This document shows positions 9,376 through 22,057 of a DNA stretch of 64,000 nucleotides, one piece after another. Numbering within the stretch: position 1 is the stretch's first letter; every line of letters starts with the position of its first letter. Position numbers and translations under genes: made by a program. The stretch lies in contig CAYGID010000004.1 of the NCBI GenBank assembly GCA_964349835.1, positions 7,084 to 71,083 of the forward strand, read 5' to 3'. Under the pieces are notes generated by a model that made no database searches, was not told the DNA's origin, and worked only from the letters and a program-made list of their open reading frames with translations. The stretch is from an uncultured Bacteroidales bacterium (GTDB lineage: Bacteria; Bacteroidota; Bacteroidia; Bacteroidales; UBA4181).

Positions 9376-10137
9376 TGCCTCTATGGCAGCAGACGGGCTA
9401 TCTATCGCCTCCGTTTGGGCCATTACATTTCTGATGACAACCGAAGCACACCAGCATCCGAAAAGAGGCGGCAAATAGGAGAGGGTTCCTGCTACCGAAA
9501 GCTTGTTAGCTTCATTTTCGGCCGGCCTCACGCTTTCGGGCCAGACCGGTTCGGTCGAGAAGATGACGTCGAAGCCCGTTTCAATGCCCATGCGCCTCAA
9601 TCGCTTGCGGAGTGTGCTTGCCAAACGGCACTGGAACGACTTAGAAATATCGGTACATCGAATCTGCGAAGGATCGGCCTTTCCACCGGCACCCATCGAA
9701 CTGACCACCCGGTTTCCTGCCTGTAAAGCATGGAAGATCAAAAAACTTTTGGGCGACAAGGTATCGATGGCATCCACTACATAGTCGTATTTCCGGGAGG
9801 CATAGCCGAAGAGAGGTTCATCGCGGAGATAGTCGGAACAAACGGTTAACTTCAGGTCGGGGTTAATGTCGAGAAGCCTGGCGGCCATCACCTCTGCCTT
9901 TTTCATCCCCGTGGTACTCACTAACGCAGCAAGCTGGCGATTTCTATTGCCGGGCTGTACCACATCGCCATCAACAATGGTCATAGTGCCAACTCCGGCA
10001 CGGCAGATCATTTCGGCCGCATAGGCGCCCACTCCACCAAGGCCCACAACCAACACATGTGCCTCGTGCAGCCTCTTTAGTGCCGCTTCGCCTGCCATAA
10101 GCAGGGTTCTCTCTTGCCATTCGGGAATCGGGTACAT
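9370..10137 (-). CDS. tcdA: tRNA threonylcarbamoyladenosine dehydratase (ThiF/MoeB family)
   Basis: Rossmann motif VVGLGGVGAYAAE and NRQ motif. Length and architecture match TcdA/CsdL. Confidence 0.85.
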   Translation of the reverse strand: MYPIPEWQERTLLMAGEAALKRLHEAHVLVVGLGGVGAYAAEMICRAGVGTMTIVDGDVVQPGNRNRQLAALVSTTGMKKAEVMAARLLDINPDLKLTVCSDYLRDEPLFGYASRKYDYVVDAIDTLSPKSFLIFHALQAGNRVVSSMGAGGKADPSQIRCTDISKSFQCRLASTLRKRLRRMGIETGFDVIFSTEPVWPESVRPAENEANKLSVAGTLSYLPPLFGCWCASVVIRNVMAQTEAIDSPSAAIEAL

Positions 10138-10146
10138 AAGGGTATC

Positions 10147-12207
<2,061 letters not shown>

Positions 12208-12993
12208 CTATTGGTAATACCGCACCCAATCAATGGAATAATTCAATGGCAGACAGTTTTCATCAACACCTTTTGTTCCACCCCAGGCACCTCCAAACGC
12301 GAGATTCAACAGTAGATAGTGGGGCTTGTCGAAACGCCAGTATTCGGGTAGAGTGCTGTTTTTTGTGTAGGTATGGTACTTCCGTCCGTCGATGAAAAAG
12401 TCGAGACGGTCGGGATACCACTCAACGGCGTAAACATGAAAGGCGGTATGTGCATCATCGAGCATCACGCTATTGCTCTGCTTTACCTTCGATGCATCTT
12501 TCCGCGAGCCGGGTGTGTGAACCGTAGCGTAAATTTTTTGGGGTTCGAACCCCACATTCTCCATGATGTCGATCTCGCCGCATTCGGGCCATCCCACATC
12601 ACGAATATCGGTTCCCATCATCCAAATGGCCGGCCATGAACCCAATCCCAACGGCAGTTGAGCGCACACCTCGATTCTGCCATAAAAGAAGGCGTATCTT
12701 CCGAGAGTATTGATGCTCCCCGAAGTAATGGGGTAATCGCCCTTGGTCTCCTTTCTGGCAGTAATTACCAGAAATCCTTTTTCTTGCGAAACATTTTTTT
12801 TGTTCTCTTTTGTATAATATTGCAACTCCTTATTTCTGACATATCCCTCCTCGTACGACCATTTAGCCGGGTCGGGAAGACCGTTCTTATCAAATTCGTC
12901 CGACCATGTCAAGGTATTGATTTGAGGGTTGTACTGGCCTTGCATTTGTAAGGGCAGCCAAAGGAAGATAATGAGAAATAGTAGGTTTTTCAT
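12208..12993 (-). CDS. glycoside hydrolase family 16 (beta-glucanase / laminarinase-like), secreted
   Basis: Signal peptide and the GH16 catalytic motif GEIDIMEN, preceded by WPAIWMMG. Confidence 0.9.
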   Translation of the reverse strand: MKNLLFLIIFLWLPLQMQGQYNPQINTLTWSDEFDKNGLPDPAKWSYEEGYVRNKELQYYTKENKKNVSQEKGFLVITARKETKGDYPITSGSINTLGRYAFFYGRIEVCAQLPLGLGSWPAIWMMGTDIRDVGWPECGEIDIMENVGFEPQKIYATVHTPGSRKDASKVKQSNSVMLDDAHTAFHVYAVEWYPDRLDFFIDGRKYHTYTKNSTLPEYWRFDKPHYLLLNLAFGGAWGGTKGVDENCLPLNYSIDWVRYYQ

Positions 12994-13021
12994 ACCATGC
13001 AGATTTGAAAGGGTTGTTAAC

Positions 13022-13029
13022 CAAAGATA
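13022..13029 (-). promoter_or_regulatory. -7 box (TATCTTTG) for the GH16-ligA-tcdA unit
   Basis: TAnnTTTG match on the minus strand, 29 nt upstream of the ATG at 12993. Confidence 0.4.
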
Positions 13030-13101
13030 GAGAAAACCGGTCTATGCCAAAGGAATTGTAAGCGAAATTTCGTAACTTTAAGCAACGTATAACCCCGACG
13101 T

Positions 13102-13704
13102 ATGGAAGATTACAAAGAGATTGATGAGAAGAAGGCAGCACTCAGAAGAGAAGTTTCACTAAAAAAGGCGCTCTTTCTCTCGGGTAACTATCAAAAAGAA
13201 CGTGCAGTTCAATCCGGCTACATCAAAAAAAAGCTTGAAGAGAGTTTGGCCTTTTCGAATGCAAGAATGATTCTGTTGTATGCCTCTCTGCCCGACGAGG
13301 TGGATACTGATGAGTGGATATCGCAGTGGAGCCAAACAAAAACAATCGTAATGCCCTGTGTGGGAAGCTCAGAAGAACCGCTTCTCCGAACCTTTACCGG
13401 GTGGAACAAAATGGAGATAGAACCACGCTTTGGCATTCGACAACCCCTAGGCTCGGTTTGTACCGACTTTACCTCTATCGATCTCGCTATTCTTCCTGGC
13501 GTTGCCTTCGATGGCAACAACCGCAGATTGGGAAGGGGAAAAGGCTATTACGACCGACTTCTCCCTTATCTTTCGAAAGCCTTCAGAATCGGAGTCTGTT
13601 TTCACTTTCAACTTGTACCCCATATCCCTGTAGGACCACTCGACATGCCCGTCGATGCAGTGTATAGAGGAATCAGCTCCGGAAAAGCTACTACATCTTT
13701 GTAA
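13102..13704 (+). CDS. 5-formyltetrahydrofolate cyclo-ligase
   Basis: Typical length (~200 aa). It carries the C-terminal GVAFDGNNRRLGRGKGYYDR motif of MTHFS-family enzymes. Confidence 0.85.
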   Translation: MEDYKEIDEKKAALRREVSLKKALFLSGNYQKERAVQSGYIKKKLEESLAFSNARMILLYASLPDEVDTDEWISQWSQTKTIVMPCVGSSEEPLLRTFTGWNKMEIEPRFGIRQPLGSVCTDFTSIDLAILPGVAFDGNNRRLGRGKGYYDRLLPYLSKAFRIGVCFHFQLVPHIPVGPLDMPVDAVYRGISSGKATTSL

Positions 13705-14233
13705 CGCACTCGAATCCCCGTTGCAATGCTTTGGCATTGAGGGGTATCAGTTTATGGTGTCGTTCGGGCAGAGTATGTTTCAGACCATCAATCAGATCCT
13801 CGACCTTCAGGAGTGGCTTTATTTTTATAAATCCGCCCAAAAGAATCATATTGAAAATCTTTCCCGCATCCATTGCAAGGGCCTCAGCAGTTGCCTCCAC
13901 TGTATAGATGTCAATGTCTTTCCGCTCGGGTCTACGCACAATGCCATTGGGATCGTATAACAAAACACCTCCCGGTTTTACTTTGGATTCAAATTTATCC
14001 ATCGACTGTTGATTGAGGATAATGGCGGAGTCGAACGCGGTCAAAACCGGCGAGCTGATTTTGTCGTTACTCAGGATTACTGTTACATTGGCTGTACCAC
14101 CCCTCATCTCGGGTCCGTAAGAGGGCATCCAACTAACCTCCATATTCTGTAACATGCCAGAATAGGCCAGAATCTTCCCCATCGAAAGGACTCCCTGCCC
14201 TCCAAACCCGGCAATTATGATCTCTTCATTCAT
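13691..14233 (-). CDS. 2-oxoacid:ferredoxin oxidoreductase, gamma subunit
   Basis: IIAGFGGQGVLSMGKILA N-terminus typical of OFOR gamma subunits. Last gene of a delta-alpha-beta-gamma cluster. Confidence 0.9.
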   Translation of the reverse strand: MNEEIIIAGFGGQGVLSMGKILAYSGMLQNMEVSWMPSYGPEMRGGTANVTVILSNDKISSPVLTAFDSAIILNQQSMDKFESKVKPGGVLLYDPNGIVRRPERKDIDIYTVEATAEALAMDAGKIFNMILLGGFIKIKPLLKVEDLIDGLKHTLPERHHKLIPLNAKALQRGFECVTKM

Positions 14234-14237
14234 TCCA

Positions 14238-15020
14238 TTAACGTTTTACGCGTTGACCATTCACTTTCACATCGCCCAGGGGGTACTCCGGAAACATATT
14301 CTCCTCCATCCAAACATTCGCTTGGGTGGGAGTCATCTTCCATCCTGAACTGCAAGTAGAGACAATCTCTACTATACTGGTACCCTTGTTCTCCTTTTGC
14401 ATTTCGAAGGCCGCCCTGATAGCTTTTTTGGCCTTACGTACCGCATTCGGATTATGAACCGATTGGCGCGTAATGTAATAGGTGCCCTCAAGATCAGCCA
14501 GCAAATCGGTTAACTTCAGGGGAAACCCGGCCGACTTGGTATCGCGCCCCGACGGGCTGGTGGCGGTTACCATTCCTTTCAGGGTGGTGGGAGCCATTTG
14601 TCCGCCGGTCATTCCGTAAATGCCGTTATTCACATAAATGATGGTGAAGTTTTCACCTCGGTTGCAAGCGTGAATGGTTTCGCCGGTTCCAATAGCAGCC
14701 AAGTCGCCATCGCCCTGATAGGTAAAGACCGTATGTTGGGGCAGAACTCTTTTCAACCCCGAAGCCACCGCAGTAGCACGCCCGTGGGCAGCCTGGATCA
14801 TGTCGAAGGTGAAAAAATCGTAGAGTAAGACTGCACAGCCTACAGGCGAAACACCGACAGTACTCTCCTCGGCATTCATCTCTTCGACTACCTCAGCAAT
14901 GATTCTCACAATGGTGCCGTGGCTGCAGCCCGGACAGAAGTTAAAGGTGGTATCGGTGAGTAATCTACTCTTCTTGTACACCGGATTTCCAGCCGGTATC
15001 AATATCTGTTGTTTGTCCAT
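14238..15020 (-). CDS. 2-oxoacid:ferredoxin oxidoreductase, beta (TPP-binding) subunit
   Basis: FCPGCSHG and the TPP-binding GDGD...NNGIYGMTGGQ motif. Confidence 0.92.
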   Translation of the reverse strand: MDKQQILIPAGNPVYKKSRLLTDTTFNFCPGCSHGTIVRIIAEVVEEMNAEESTVGVSPVGCAVLLYDFFTFDMIQAAHGRATAVASGLKRVLPQHTVFTYQGDGDLAAIGTGETIHACNRGENFTIIYVNNGIYGMTGGQMAPTTLKGMVTATSPSGRDTKSAGFPLKLTDLLADLEGTYYITRQSVHNPNAVRKAKKAIRAAFEMQKENKGTSIVEIVSTCSSGWKMTPTQANVWMEENMFPEYPLGDVKVNGQRVKR

Positions 15021-15032
15021 GAAAGTTTCCGG

Positions 15033-16109
15033 TTAAGATTTCAGAAAAAGGGTTTCAAAACCATGAACTATGTCGTCGGGGGCATGCACAACACCGCCCA
15101 TTCGTCCGTAATGCTCCACTCTGGCCCTTCCTTTAACCGCCAGCTGCACATCTTCGACCATCTGTCCACAGCTCATTTCAACTGCTAAAAAGCCCTTTAC
15201 ACGGGCAGCCAGGTCAAAAAGCGGCTCCGAAGGAAAGGGAAATAGAGTAATCGGGCGCAACATACCAACCTTTAGCCCGCGTTGACGGAGCAATTGCATG
15301 CTTTTTTGCGCAATCCGGGCACTCGCACCATAGGCCACCAAAACATAGTCGGCATCTTCGCATCCTATCATCTCGTACTTTACCTCAACCTCCTGCATGC
15401 GCTTATATTTGCTCTGCAAATGAAGGTTATGCGCCTCCTGTATTAACGGGTCCAGATTCAGGGAGGTAATGTGATGCCGGGTCTGCCCGGGCTTCTTTCC
15501 GGTAGTGGCCCAATCGGGATAGGTGGTAATCTTTCCAAGCGCTTCGGGGAGAACCACCTTCTCCATCATTTGCCCGATTACACCATCCGATAAGATCATA
15601 ACCGGATTTCGGTATCTGAAGGCAATTTCAAAAGCCGGAGCCACAAAATCGGCCATCTCTTGCGCGCTGGCAGGAGCCAACACAAGCATCTTATAATCGC
15701 CATGACCGCCTCCCTTAACAACCTGAAAATAGTCGGATTGTGCAGGTTGAATGGTTCCCAAACCGGGACCGCCTCTGGCAATATCCACAATCACACAGGG
15801 CAACTCTGCACCGGCAATGTATGATATTCCCTCCATCATCAGGCTCAACCCGGGACTGGAGGTCGAAGTCATAACCCGACGTCCGGCCGATGCCGCCCCA
15901 TAAACCATATTGATAGCGGCCACTTCGCTTTCGGCCTGCAAGATCTCCACCCCACACGCCCTTGCATCATTCTGGTCTATCATATATTCCATGATTTCGG
16001 TCTGTGGGGTAATCGGGTATCCGAAGTAGGCGTCTATGCCTGCACGGATGGCAGCTTCGGCAATGGCCTCATTGCCCTTCAGAAATTGTATTTTTTCCAT
16101 TCGATTCAA
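15033..16109 (-). CDS. 2-oxoacid:ferredoxin oxidoreductase, alpha subunit
   Basis: GNEAIAEAAIRAGIDAYFGYPITPQTEI N-terminus typical of KorA/VorB-type alpha subunits. Confidence 0.92.
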   Translation of the reverse strand: MNRMEKIQFLKGNEAIAEAAIRAGIDAYFGYPITPQTEIMEYMIDQNDARACGVEILQAESEVAAINMVYGAASAGRRVMTSTSSPGLSLMMEGISYIAGAELPCVIVDIARGGPGLGTIQPAQSDYFQVVKGGGHGDYKMLVLAPASAQEMADFVAPAFEIAFRYRNPVMILSDGVIGQMMEKVVLPEALGKITTYPDWATTGKKPGQTRHHITSLNLDPLIQEAHNLHLQSKYKRMQEVEVKYEMIGCEDADYVLVAYGASARIAQKSMQLLRQRGLKVGMLRPITLFPFPSEPLFDLAARVKGFLAVEMSCGQMVEDVQLAVKGRARVEHYGRMGGVVHAPDDIVHGFETLFLKS

Positions 16110-16137
16110 GAATAAATGATAAACGTGTGCTCTGCTG

Positions 16138-16365
16138 CTATTCCTGTTTAATGCGGAAAACAGTGATCACGCCGTCGGGGCAAACCACTCCGCAATTCGT
16201 ACATCCGGTGCATGCGTCGGGGTTAGCCATGTAAGAATAGTGATATCCCTTTCGGTTCACATTGGCATGCATATCGATGACCTGGTGCGGACATGAAACT
16301 TTGCACACTTCGCATCCCTTGCAGCGTTCAATGTCAACCAGAATAGTTCCTTTCGCTTTCGCCAT
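16138..16365 (-). CDS. 4Fe-4S ferredoxin-type delta subunit of the oxidoreductase
   Basis: Two CxxCxxCxxxCP clusters (CKGCEVCKVSCP and CTGCTNCGVVCP). I set the start at ATG 16365 (MAKAKGT) because a -7 box lies inside the longer ORF. Confidence 0.85.
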   Translation of the reverse strand: MAKAKGTILVDIERCKGCEVCKVSCPHQVIDMHANVNRKGYHYSYMANPDACTGCTNCGVVCPDGVITVFRIKQE

Positions 16366-16415
16366 ATAGTCTGTTTTTAGGTGTAAGGCAACCTTTAATT
16401 GCCCAACTGCATAGG

Positions 16416-16423
16416 CAAAAATA
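16416..16423 (-). promoter_or_regulatory. -7 box (TATTTTTG) for the oxidoreductase operon
   Basis: TAnnTTTG match on the minus strand, 51 nt upstream of the ATG at 16365. Confidence 0.4.
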
Positions 16424-16487
16424 CACAATCTACCGTAATAACGAAGGCGATTTCTAAAATCGCGGGGCAGGGAATGGCCTTAAACAG

Positions 16488-16516
16488 GAGAAGCCATCCT
16501 TTTGGGATGGCTTCTC
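16488..16516. terminator. 12-bp perfect hairpin downstream of serA
   Basis: GAGAAGCCATCC, a 5-nt loop, then GGATGGCTTCTC. It lies between the serA stop and the ferredoxin operon promoter. Confidence 0.5.
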
Positions 16517-16534
16517 TATGGAATAGATAGACGT

Positions 16535-17461
16535 TTAGAACTTGTTAACCTGATACTTACAATCGCCGTTGTTAAAGAAATCAACAATCTGACGGGCAGC
16601 TGCAAGACCAGCATTAATGTTGGCCTCAGCCGTTTCGGCGCCCACTTTTTTGGGTGTGGCAAAAGCTCTCAAACCAAAAGAATCACGAAATTTCGGATAA
16701 CTGTCGGGGGCAATATCCGACGCATATTTCAGATCAGAACGTTCTAACAAAGCTTTATACAAACCGGCTTCATCGATAACCTCTTTGCGGGCCGTATTCA
16801 CCAGCGTACCCCCTTTGGGCATGGTCGAAACCAGATCGTATCCGATAGAGCTCTTAGTCTTTGGTGTTGCAGGGATATGGAGCGACACGTACTCGCAGTT
16901 GGCATATAACTCTTTTACATCGGTTACAGGAGTAACGCCATCGGCAACCATCTCCTTTTCAGAAACAAAGGGGTCGAAGGCCGAAACTTCCATCCCGAAA
17001 CCTTTACCCAAAGCGGCAACCAGTTTACCCACATTGCCATACGCGTGAATGCCCAATCGTTTTCCCTTGAGTTCGGTACCCGTGCCTGCACTAAAGTTAT
17101 TCCTGGCCATGTACACCATTAATCCAACGGCAAGTTCGGCCACAGCGTTCGAATTTTGACCAGGGGTATTCATAGCAACAATCTTCTTGGCCGAACAGGC
17201 CTCCAAATCCAGATTGTCGAACCCGGCTCCGGCCCTAACCACAACCTTCAGCGACGAAGCGGCCTCAATAACCTGAGAGCTAACCTTATCGCTGCGAACT
17301 ATCAGGGCATCCACCTCGGATACCGCTTGAATCACCTCGGCTGTATCCTTATATTTCTCCAGAAGGAGCAATTGATATCCCGAGCTTTCGAGGATAGACC
17401 TGATTCCGTTCACTGCAACATCGGCAAACGGCTTTTCTGTGGCAATCAAAACCTTTCTCAT
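16535..17461 (-). CDS. serA: D-3-phosphoglycerate dehydrogenase (short form)
   Basis: 2-hydroxyacid dehydrogenase fold with NAD motif GIHAYGNVGKLVA. It is adjacent to serC. I chose ATG 17461 (MRKVLIATEK) to avoid overlapping the serC stop. Confidence 0.9.
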   Translation of the reverse strand: MRKVLIATEKPFADVAVNGIRSILESSGYQLLLLEKYKDTAEVIQAVSEVDALIVRSDKVSSQVIEAASSLKVVVRAGAGFDNLDLEACSAKKIVAMNTPGQNSNAVAELAVGLMVYMARNNFSAGTGTELKGKRLGIHAYGNVGKLVAALGKGFGMEVSAFDPFVSEKEMVADGVTPVTDVKELYANCEYVSLHIPATPKTKSSIGYDLVSTMPKGGTLVNTARKEVIDEAGLYKALLERSDLKYASDIAPDSYPKFRDSFGLRAFATPKKVGAETAEANINAGLAAARQIVDFFNNGDCKYQVNKF

Positions 17462-17496
17462 GGGACAAATGCAATTATTTAGTTTCAGAGTCGATC

Positions 17497-18561
17497 TTAG
17501 TTCTTCTGTTCGAATGCTTTCATGCAATCAACAAGCGCTTGCACTCCCTCAACACTCATCGCATTGTAAATGGAGGCACGGAACCCGCCAACCGAACGGT
17601 GTCCTTTGATACCGACCATACCCCTTGCTTTTGCGAAATCCATAAATGCAGGCTCCAACTCCGCATATTGGTCGTTCATTACAAAGCAGACGTTCATGAT
17701 TGAGCGATCTTCTACGTTGGCGGTTCCTTTGAAAAGGCGGTTCCGTTCAATTTCATTATAAATAAGCTCTGCCTTATGGAGGTTTATCTTCTCCATTTCT
17801 ACCAGTCCGCCCATGGCCTTGAGCCATTTCAGGGTTTGGAGAGCCGTAAAGATGGGCAGTACCGGAGGGGTATTGTAGAGAGACCCGTTATCGATATGAA
17901 TGCGATAATCGAGCATGGAGGGGATATGGCGGGTTACCTTCCCCAGGATGGAATCCTTAACAATAACAAAAGCCAATCCGGCAGGCGCCAAATTTTTCTG
18001 GGCTCCCCCGTAGATCAGACTATATTTCGACACATCGAGTGGACGACTGAAGATATCCGACGACATATCGGCCACTAAAGGAACAGGACTGTCGATATCG
18101 GTACGAATTTCGGTACCAAAAATGGTATTGTTGGTGGTGATATGAAAATAATCTACATCCAACGGAATGGTGTAACACTTGGGAATGTAGGAGAAATTTT
18201 TGTCCTTCGAGGAAGCTACCTCAATGACCTGTCCAAACCCCTTTGCCTCTTTGAGCGCCTTGCTTGCCCAGGTACCGGTATTCAGGTAGGCAGCTTTCGA
18301 CTCCATCAGGTTAAAAGGAATCATACAAAATTGCAAACTGGCGCCACCTCCCAAAAAGAGGACGGAGTAGCCCTCCGGAATATCCAACAATTCACGAAAA
18401 AGCTGAACGGACTCATTGATAACCGCTTCGAACTCTTTGCTACGATGGGATATCTCCAAAAGGGACAATCCCACACCGGGAAGCTCTAATACAGCCTTAG
18501 CTGTCTCTTCGATGGCAACTCTGGGTAATACAGAGGGACCTGCGTTAAAGTTATATTTCAT
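17497..18561 (-). CDS. serC: phosphoserine aminotransferase
   Basis: Class V aminotransferase with [14 protein letters not shown]-terminus and [11 protein letters not shown] around the PLP lysine. Confidence 0.95.
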   Translation of the reverse strand: MKYNFNAGPSVLPRVAIEETAKAVLELPGVGLSLLEISHRSKEFEAVINESVQLFRELLDIPEGYSVLFLGGGASLQFCMIPFNLMESKAAYLNTGTWASKALKEAKGFGQVIEVASSKDKNFSYIPKCYTIPLDVDYFHITTNNTIFGTEIRTDIDSPVPLVADMSSDIFSRPLDVSKYSLIYGGAQKNLAPAGLAFVIVKDSILGKVTRHIPSMLDYRIHIDNGSLYNTPPVLPIFTALQTLKWLKAMGGLVEMEKINLHKAELIYNEIERNRLFKGTANVEDRSIMNVCFVMNDQYAELEPAFMDFAKARGMVGIKGHRSVGGFRASIYNAMSVEGVQALVDCMKAFEQKN

Positions 18562-18645
18562 CTACATTGAAATGAGGTGGGCATACTGCTCAGGAGCGAT
18601 TAGTACGAACCGGGGTTGTGATTTCTTTTCACTAAAAAACGGAAG

Positions 18646-18653
18646 CAAAAGTA
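18646..18653 (-). promoter_or_regulatory. -7 box (TACTTTTG) for serC-serA
   Basis: TAnnTTTG match on the minus strand, 85 nt upstream of the ATG at 18561. Confidence 0.3.
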
Positions 18654-18735
18654 GTGTTTTTTGCGAAAAAAAAAGGAAAACCAGTAGAAATGAAAGGTAA
18701 GGAGAGACCATATCTTTCACTCAGAATCTAACAAT

Positions 18736-19476
18736 TTATCTGACTGATTGTTGCAGGTGCCGATCCAAAGGAACCAAGGCGTCGCCCCGAAGAATGGGAA
18801 TCACCGTTGTGAGATCGAAGGTGTGGCAATAAGCCAGAATATCGTCGAGACTTTTTTGTCTAAGACGGCTGCGTTGCGCGGCCTTTTCGACATACGCCAA
18901 CGGATCGTTTTCGGCCAGACCCCACAAATCGAGCGAGGCTACCACACTGTCGCACTCCGAAAAAAAGCGGCCTCCCTCAAGTAATTTTTTGCACATGGCA
19001 CCTGCAAGTAAGGTATCCTCCAGATTAAAACGGTTTTTCCATCCGGCACAAAACAGAATCACATCGCGATCCTCCTGTTCAAGCCAGCTGCACAAGGCCG
19101 AGAAATTAAGATAGGATCCAATCGTAACGGTATGACAACCGGAAGCCATTACAATCGATTTGGTTCCATTGGTTGTGGTGTAAATTACAGTTCTGCCCTC
19201 GATATTCTCCCTTGAAAAATTTTTAGGAGAGTTGCCGAAATCGGCAAAATCGAGAGTAATTCCATCCCTTTCGCCCGCAACCACATAGCCTTTCTCCTTA
19301 TATTCCCTGAGCGTCTCCGTGTCGGCAACAGGAATCAGCGAAGTGGCGCCATTCATCAGGGCAGTGCAGATGGAGGAGGTGGCCCTCAGTACATCAATAA
19401 TCACGCAGTTGGCATCCGAACTGGCATGCAATCCGAACAGCGCCGGCGAAAAACAGACTTCCAATCTCTTTTGCAT
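18736..19476 (-). CDS. 2-phosphosulfolactate phosphatase family protein (ComB-like)
   Basis: IIDVLRATSSI N-terminal motif and a length typical of the ComB family. It starts 3 nt after the gcvT stop. Confidence 0.8.
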   Translation of the reverse strand: MQKRLEVCFSPALFGLHASSDANCVIIDVLRATSSICTALMNGATSLIPVADTETLREYKEKGYVVAGERDGITLDFADFGNSPKNFSRENIEGRTVIYTTTNGTKSIVMASGCHTVTIGSYLNFSALCSWLEQEDRDVILFCAGWKNRFNLEDTLLAGAMCKKLLEGGRFFSECDSVVASLDLWGLAENDPLAYVEKAAQRSRLRQKSLDDILAYCHTFDLTTVIPILRGDALVPLDRHLQQSVR

Positions 19477-19478
19477 GA

Positions 19479-20561
19479 TTACACCAGAAAAGGCATTTTT
19501 ACCACTTGGGCCTTCAGCATTTTATTTCGCACGGAAATAAAAAGCTCAGTGCCAATCCCTGCATTAGCTGTAGTTACATAACCCATCCCGATACCCTTGT
19601 TCAGGCAGGGCGATTGAGTACCCGAAGTAACCACACCTACCTCGCTGCCGGCACTGTCGCAAATGGGGTAGCCATGACGAGGAATTCCCCGGTCAATCAG
19701 TTCGAAACCAACTAACTGTCTCTGCACACCCTCGTTTTTCTGTTTCTCAAACAGCGGTCTGTCAATAAAACCTTTGGTGAACTTGGTAATCCATCCCAAA
19801 CCGGCCTCAAGAGGAGAGGTAGAATCGTCAATGTCGTTACCATACAGAGAGTATCCCATCTCCAGACGTAGCGTATCGCGGGCGCCCAGACCTATCGGCA
19901 GAATACCAAACTCTTTGCCCGCCTCCAGAATCTTATTGTAAATCTTGATTCCATCGGAATTGTAGAAGTATAGTTCGAACCCTCCGGCTCCCGTATATCC
20001 AGTATTCGAAATGATAACCTGCCCGGCCCCGGCAAAAGAACCGGTAACAAAATGGTAATAGGCTATAGATTTGAGGTTTACATCGGTCAGTTTCTGAAGC
20101 GTGGCCAAGGCGTTCGGCCCCTGTACAGCAAGCTGAGAAATACGATCCGAAGCATTCTCCAATTCGGCGCCAAATTCCAGGTTACAAGAGGTAATCCAGT
20201 TGAAGTCTTTTTCGATATTGGAGGCATTCACAACTAAAAGATATTTCTCCTCATCGTACTTGTACACCAACAGGTCGTCAACAATTCCACCTTTCCCGTT
20301 AGGGAAACAGGAGTACTGGGCCTTTCCGGGAGTCAGAAGATTCAAGTCGTTTGTGGTGATATACTGCAAAAGACCCAAGGCATTGGGCCCTTTTACCCAT
20401 ATCTCACCCATATGCGACACATCGAAAATGCCCACACTGTTACGAACCGCCAGATGTTCTTTGATAAGACCCGAGAACTCTACAGGCATGTGAAACCCTG
20501 CAAAAGGAACCATTTTGGCCCCCATAGCTATATGGAACGATTCAAAAATTGTTGCTTTCAT
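19479..20561 (-). CDS. gcvT: glycine cleavage system aminomethyltransferase (T protein)
   Basis: [12 protein letters not shown]...[14 protein letters not shown] motifs. ATGA start/stop overlap with kbl. Confidence 0.95.
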   Translation of the reverse strand: MKATIFESFHIAMGAKMVPFAGFHMPVEFSGLIKEHLAVRNSVGIFDVSHMGEIWVKGPNALGLLQYITTNDLNLLTPGKAQYSCFPNGKGGIVDDLLVYKYDEEKYLLVVNASNIEKDFNWITSCNLEFGAELENASDRISQLAVQGPNALATLQKLTDVNLKSIAYYHFVTGSFAGAGQVIISNTGYTGAGGFELYFYNSDGIKIYNKILEAGKEFGILPIGLGARDTLRLEMGYSLYGNDIDDSTSPLEAGLGWITKFTKGFIDRPLFEKQKNEGVQRQLVGFELIDRGIPRHGYPICDSAGSEVGVVTSGTQSPCLNKGIGMGYVTTANAGIGTELFISVRNKMLKAQVVKMPFLV

Positions 20562-21751
20562 TCTGCTAATACCTTCAATTTTTTACCAACTTTAGTAAAG
20601 GCCTCCACGCAACGGTCAATATCATTGAATGAGTGGCCTGCCGATAACTGCACCCGGATCCGGGCCTGCCCGGCGGGAACCACCGGATAAAAAAAGCCTG
20701 TTACATAAATCCCCTCCTCAAGCATAGCAGCGGCAAACTCCTGCGAAAGACGGGCATCATATAACATAACGGCGCAAATGGCCGACCGGGTTGGCTTCAT
20801 ATCGAATCCGGCAGAAGCCATCTTCTGTGTAAAACGGGCAATATTCGCAACCAATCGATCGTGCAATCCCTTATCCTCTTCGAGCATTCGGAAAACCTCG
20901 AGCGAGGCACCAACCACTGCCGGCGGAATAGAGTTAGAAAACAGGTAGGGTCTCGACCGCTGACGAAGAAGGGCTATCAACTCCTTAGGACCCGATGTAA
21001 ATCCGCCGATTGCACCCCCGAAGGCCTTTCCCAGGGTACCTGTATAAATATCAATTTTACCGTAGGTATCGAACTGTTCGCTGACGCCCTTCCCGGTAGG
21101 CCCCACCACGCCTGCCGAGTGGCATTCGTCGACCATGACCAGCGCCTTATATTTCTGCGCCAATTCACAAATTTTGTCCATTGGAGCCACATTCCCATCC
21201 ATCGAAAAGACTCCGTCGGTAACGATAATGCGGAAACGCGCTGATTGTGCTTCTATAAGAGCCGCCTCGAGCGATTGCATATCGGCATTTGCATAACGAA
21301 GTCGCTTTGCCTTGCATAACCGAACACCATCAATTATAGAGGCGTGGTTCAACGCATCCGAAATGATAGCATCCTCTTCCGAAAAGAGCGGTTCAAACAG
21401 CCCTCCATTGGCGTCGAAACAGGCAGCATAGAGAATCGTATCTTCGGTTTTGAAGAATCGCGAAACAGCAGCCTCAAGCTCTTTGTGTAAATCCTGAGTT
21501 CCGCAGATGAATCGGACCGACGACATTCCGTACCCGTGCGAATCCATTGCCAATTTGGCTGCCTGAATCACTCTGGGATGGTTAGAAAGACCCAGATAGT
21601 TGTTGGCACAGAAGTTCAGTACCTGCTCACCTGATTGCAACGCTATAGAACTACTCTGCGGGGTAACGATAATACGCTCCCGCTTAAACAGACCGGCCGC
21701 TTCGATAGAACGAAGCTCTTCCGACAAAAAAGGGGCAATTTGATTATACAT
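20558..21751 (-). CDS. kbl: glycine C-acetyltransferase (2-amino-3-ketobutyrate CoA ligase)
   Basis: Alpha-oxoamine synthase family with PLP-lysine motif GTLGKAFGG. Starting at ATG 21751 (MYNQIAPF) gives the usual ~397 aa. The 56-aa N-terminal extension of the raw ORF looks non-coding. Confidence 0.93.
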   Translation of the reverse strand: MYNQIAPFLSEELRSIEAAGLFKRERIIVTPQSSSIALQSGEQVLNFCANNYLGLSNHPRVIQAAKLAMDSHGYGMSSVRFICGTQDLHKELEAAVSRFFKTEDTILYAACFDANGGLFEPLFSEEDAIISDALNHASIIDGVRLCKAKRLRYANADMQSLEAALIEAQSARFRIIVTDGVFSMDGNVAPMDKICELAQKYKALVMVDECHSAGVVGPTGKGVSEQFDTYGKIDIYTGTLGKAFGGAIGGFTSGPKELIALLRQRSRPYLFSNSIPPAVVGASLEVFRMLEEDKGLHDRLVANIARFTQKMASAGFDMKPTRSAICAVMLYDARLSQEFAAAMLEEGIYVTGFFYPVVPAGQARIRVQLSAGHSFNDIDRCVEAFTKVGKKLKVLAE

Positions 21752-22024
21752 TTCAGAGATGGATGGAGGTTTACTGCCGCAAAAATCACCTTTTTTTTCG
21801 GATAACCAACCCTTTCTGTGGAGTTCTTTGTGCACCCCGCAGCGGATGAAGAAGTAGTTTCGGGTTATGTTTTCAATTTCAGTACTTTGAGCGCATTCGA
21901 TATGTTTTACAACATACAACCCTTAATTTTCAGCATTTTATGCCGTAAAACATTTTTTATGAAGAAAATGATGTATCAATGTAAACCCGGCAACTAAAGC
22001 TGGTTTTCACCTAAAAATCTTATG

Positions 22025-22032
22025 TATGTTTG
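22025..22032 (+). promoter_or_regulatory. -7 box (TATGTTTG) for tdh
   Basis: TAnnTTTG match 26 nt upstream of the ATG at 22058. It lies inside the longer raw ORF, which argues for the shorter start. Confidence 0.4.
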
Positions 22033-22057
22033 TTCGCTAAAAAGCCCGAAATATCGA

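Noticed and set aside
21752-21919. N-terminal extensions of raw ORFs. Examples are kbl (56 extra aa), tdh, the helicase, pyrD, the lipoprotein at 27044, queA, ftsK, the lolA-like gene, the merR-like gene, the ferredoxin subunit and serA.
   Set aside because: The extensions lack similarity to the conserved N-termini. Several begin at TTG, and several contain the gene's own promoter box or an upstream terminator. The downstream ATG gives the canonical protein length.
21752-22020. A glycine riboswitch upstream of kbl-gcvT.
   Set aside because: gcvT operons are often glycine-riboswitch controlled. I could not find the conserved GGAGAG...CACCG...GGACA core elements on the minus strand of this spacer.
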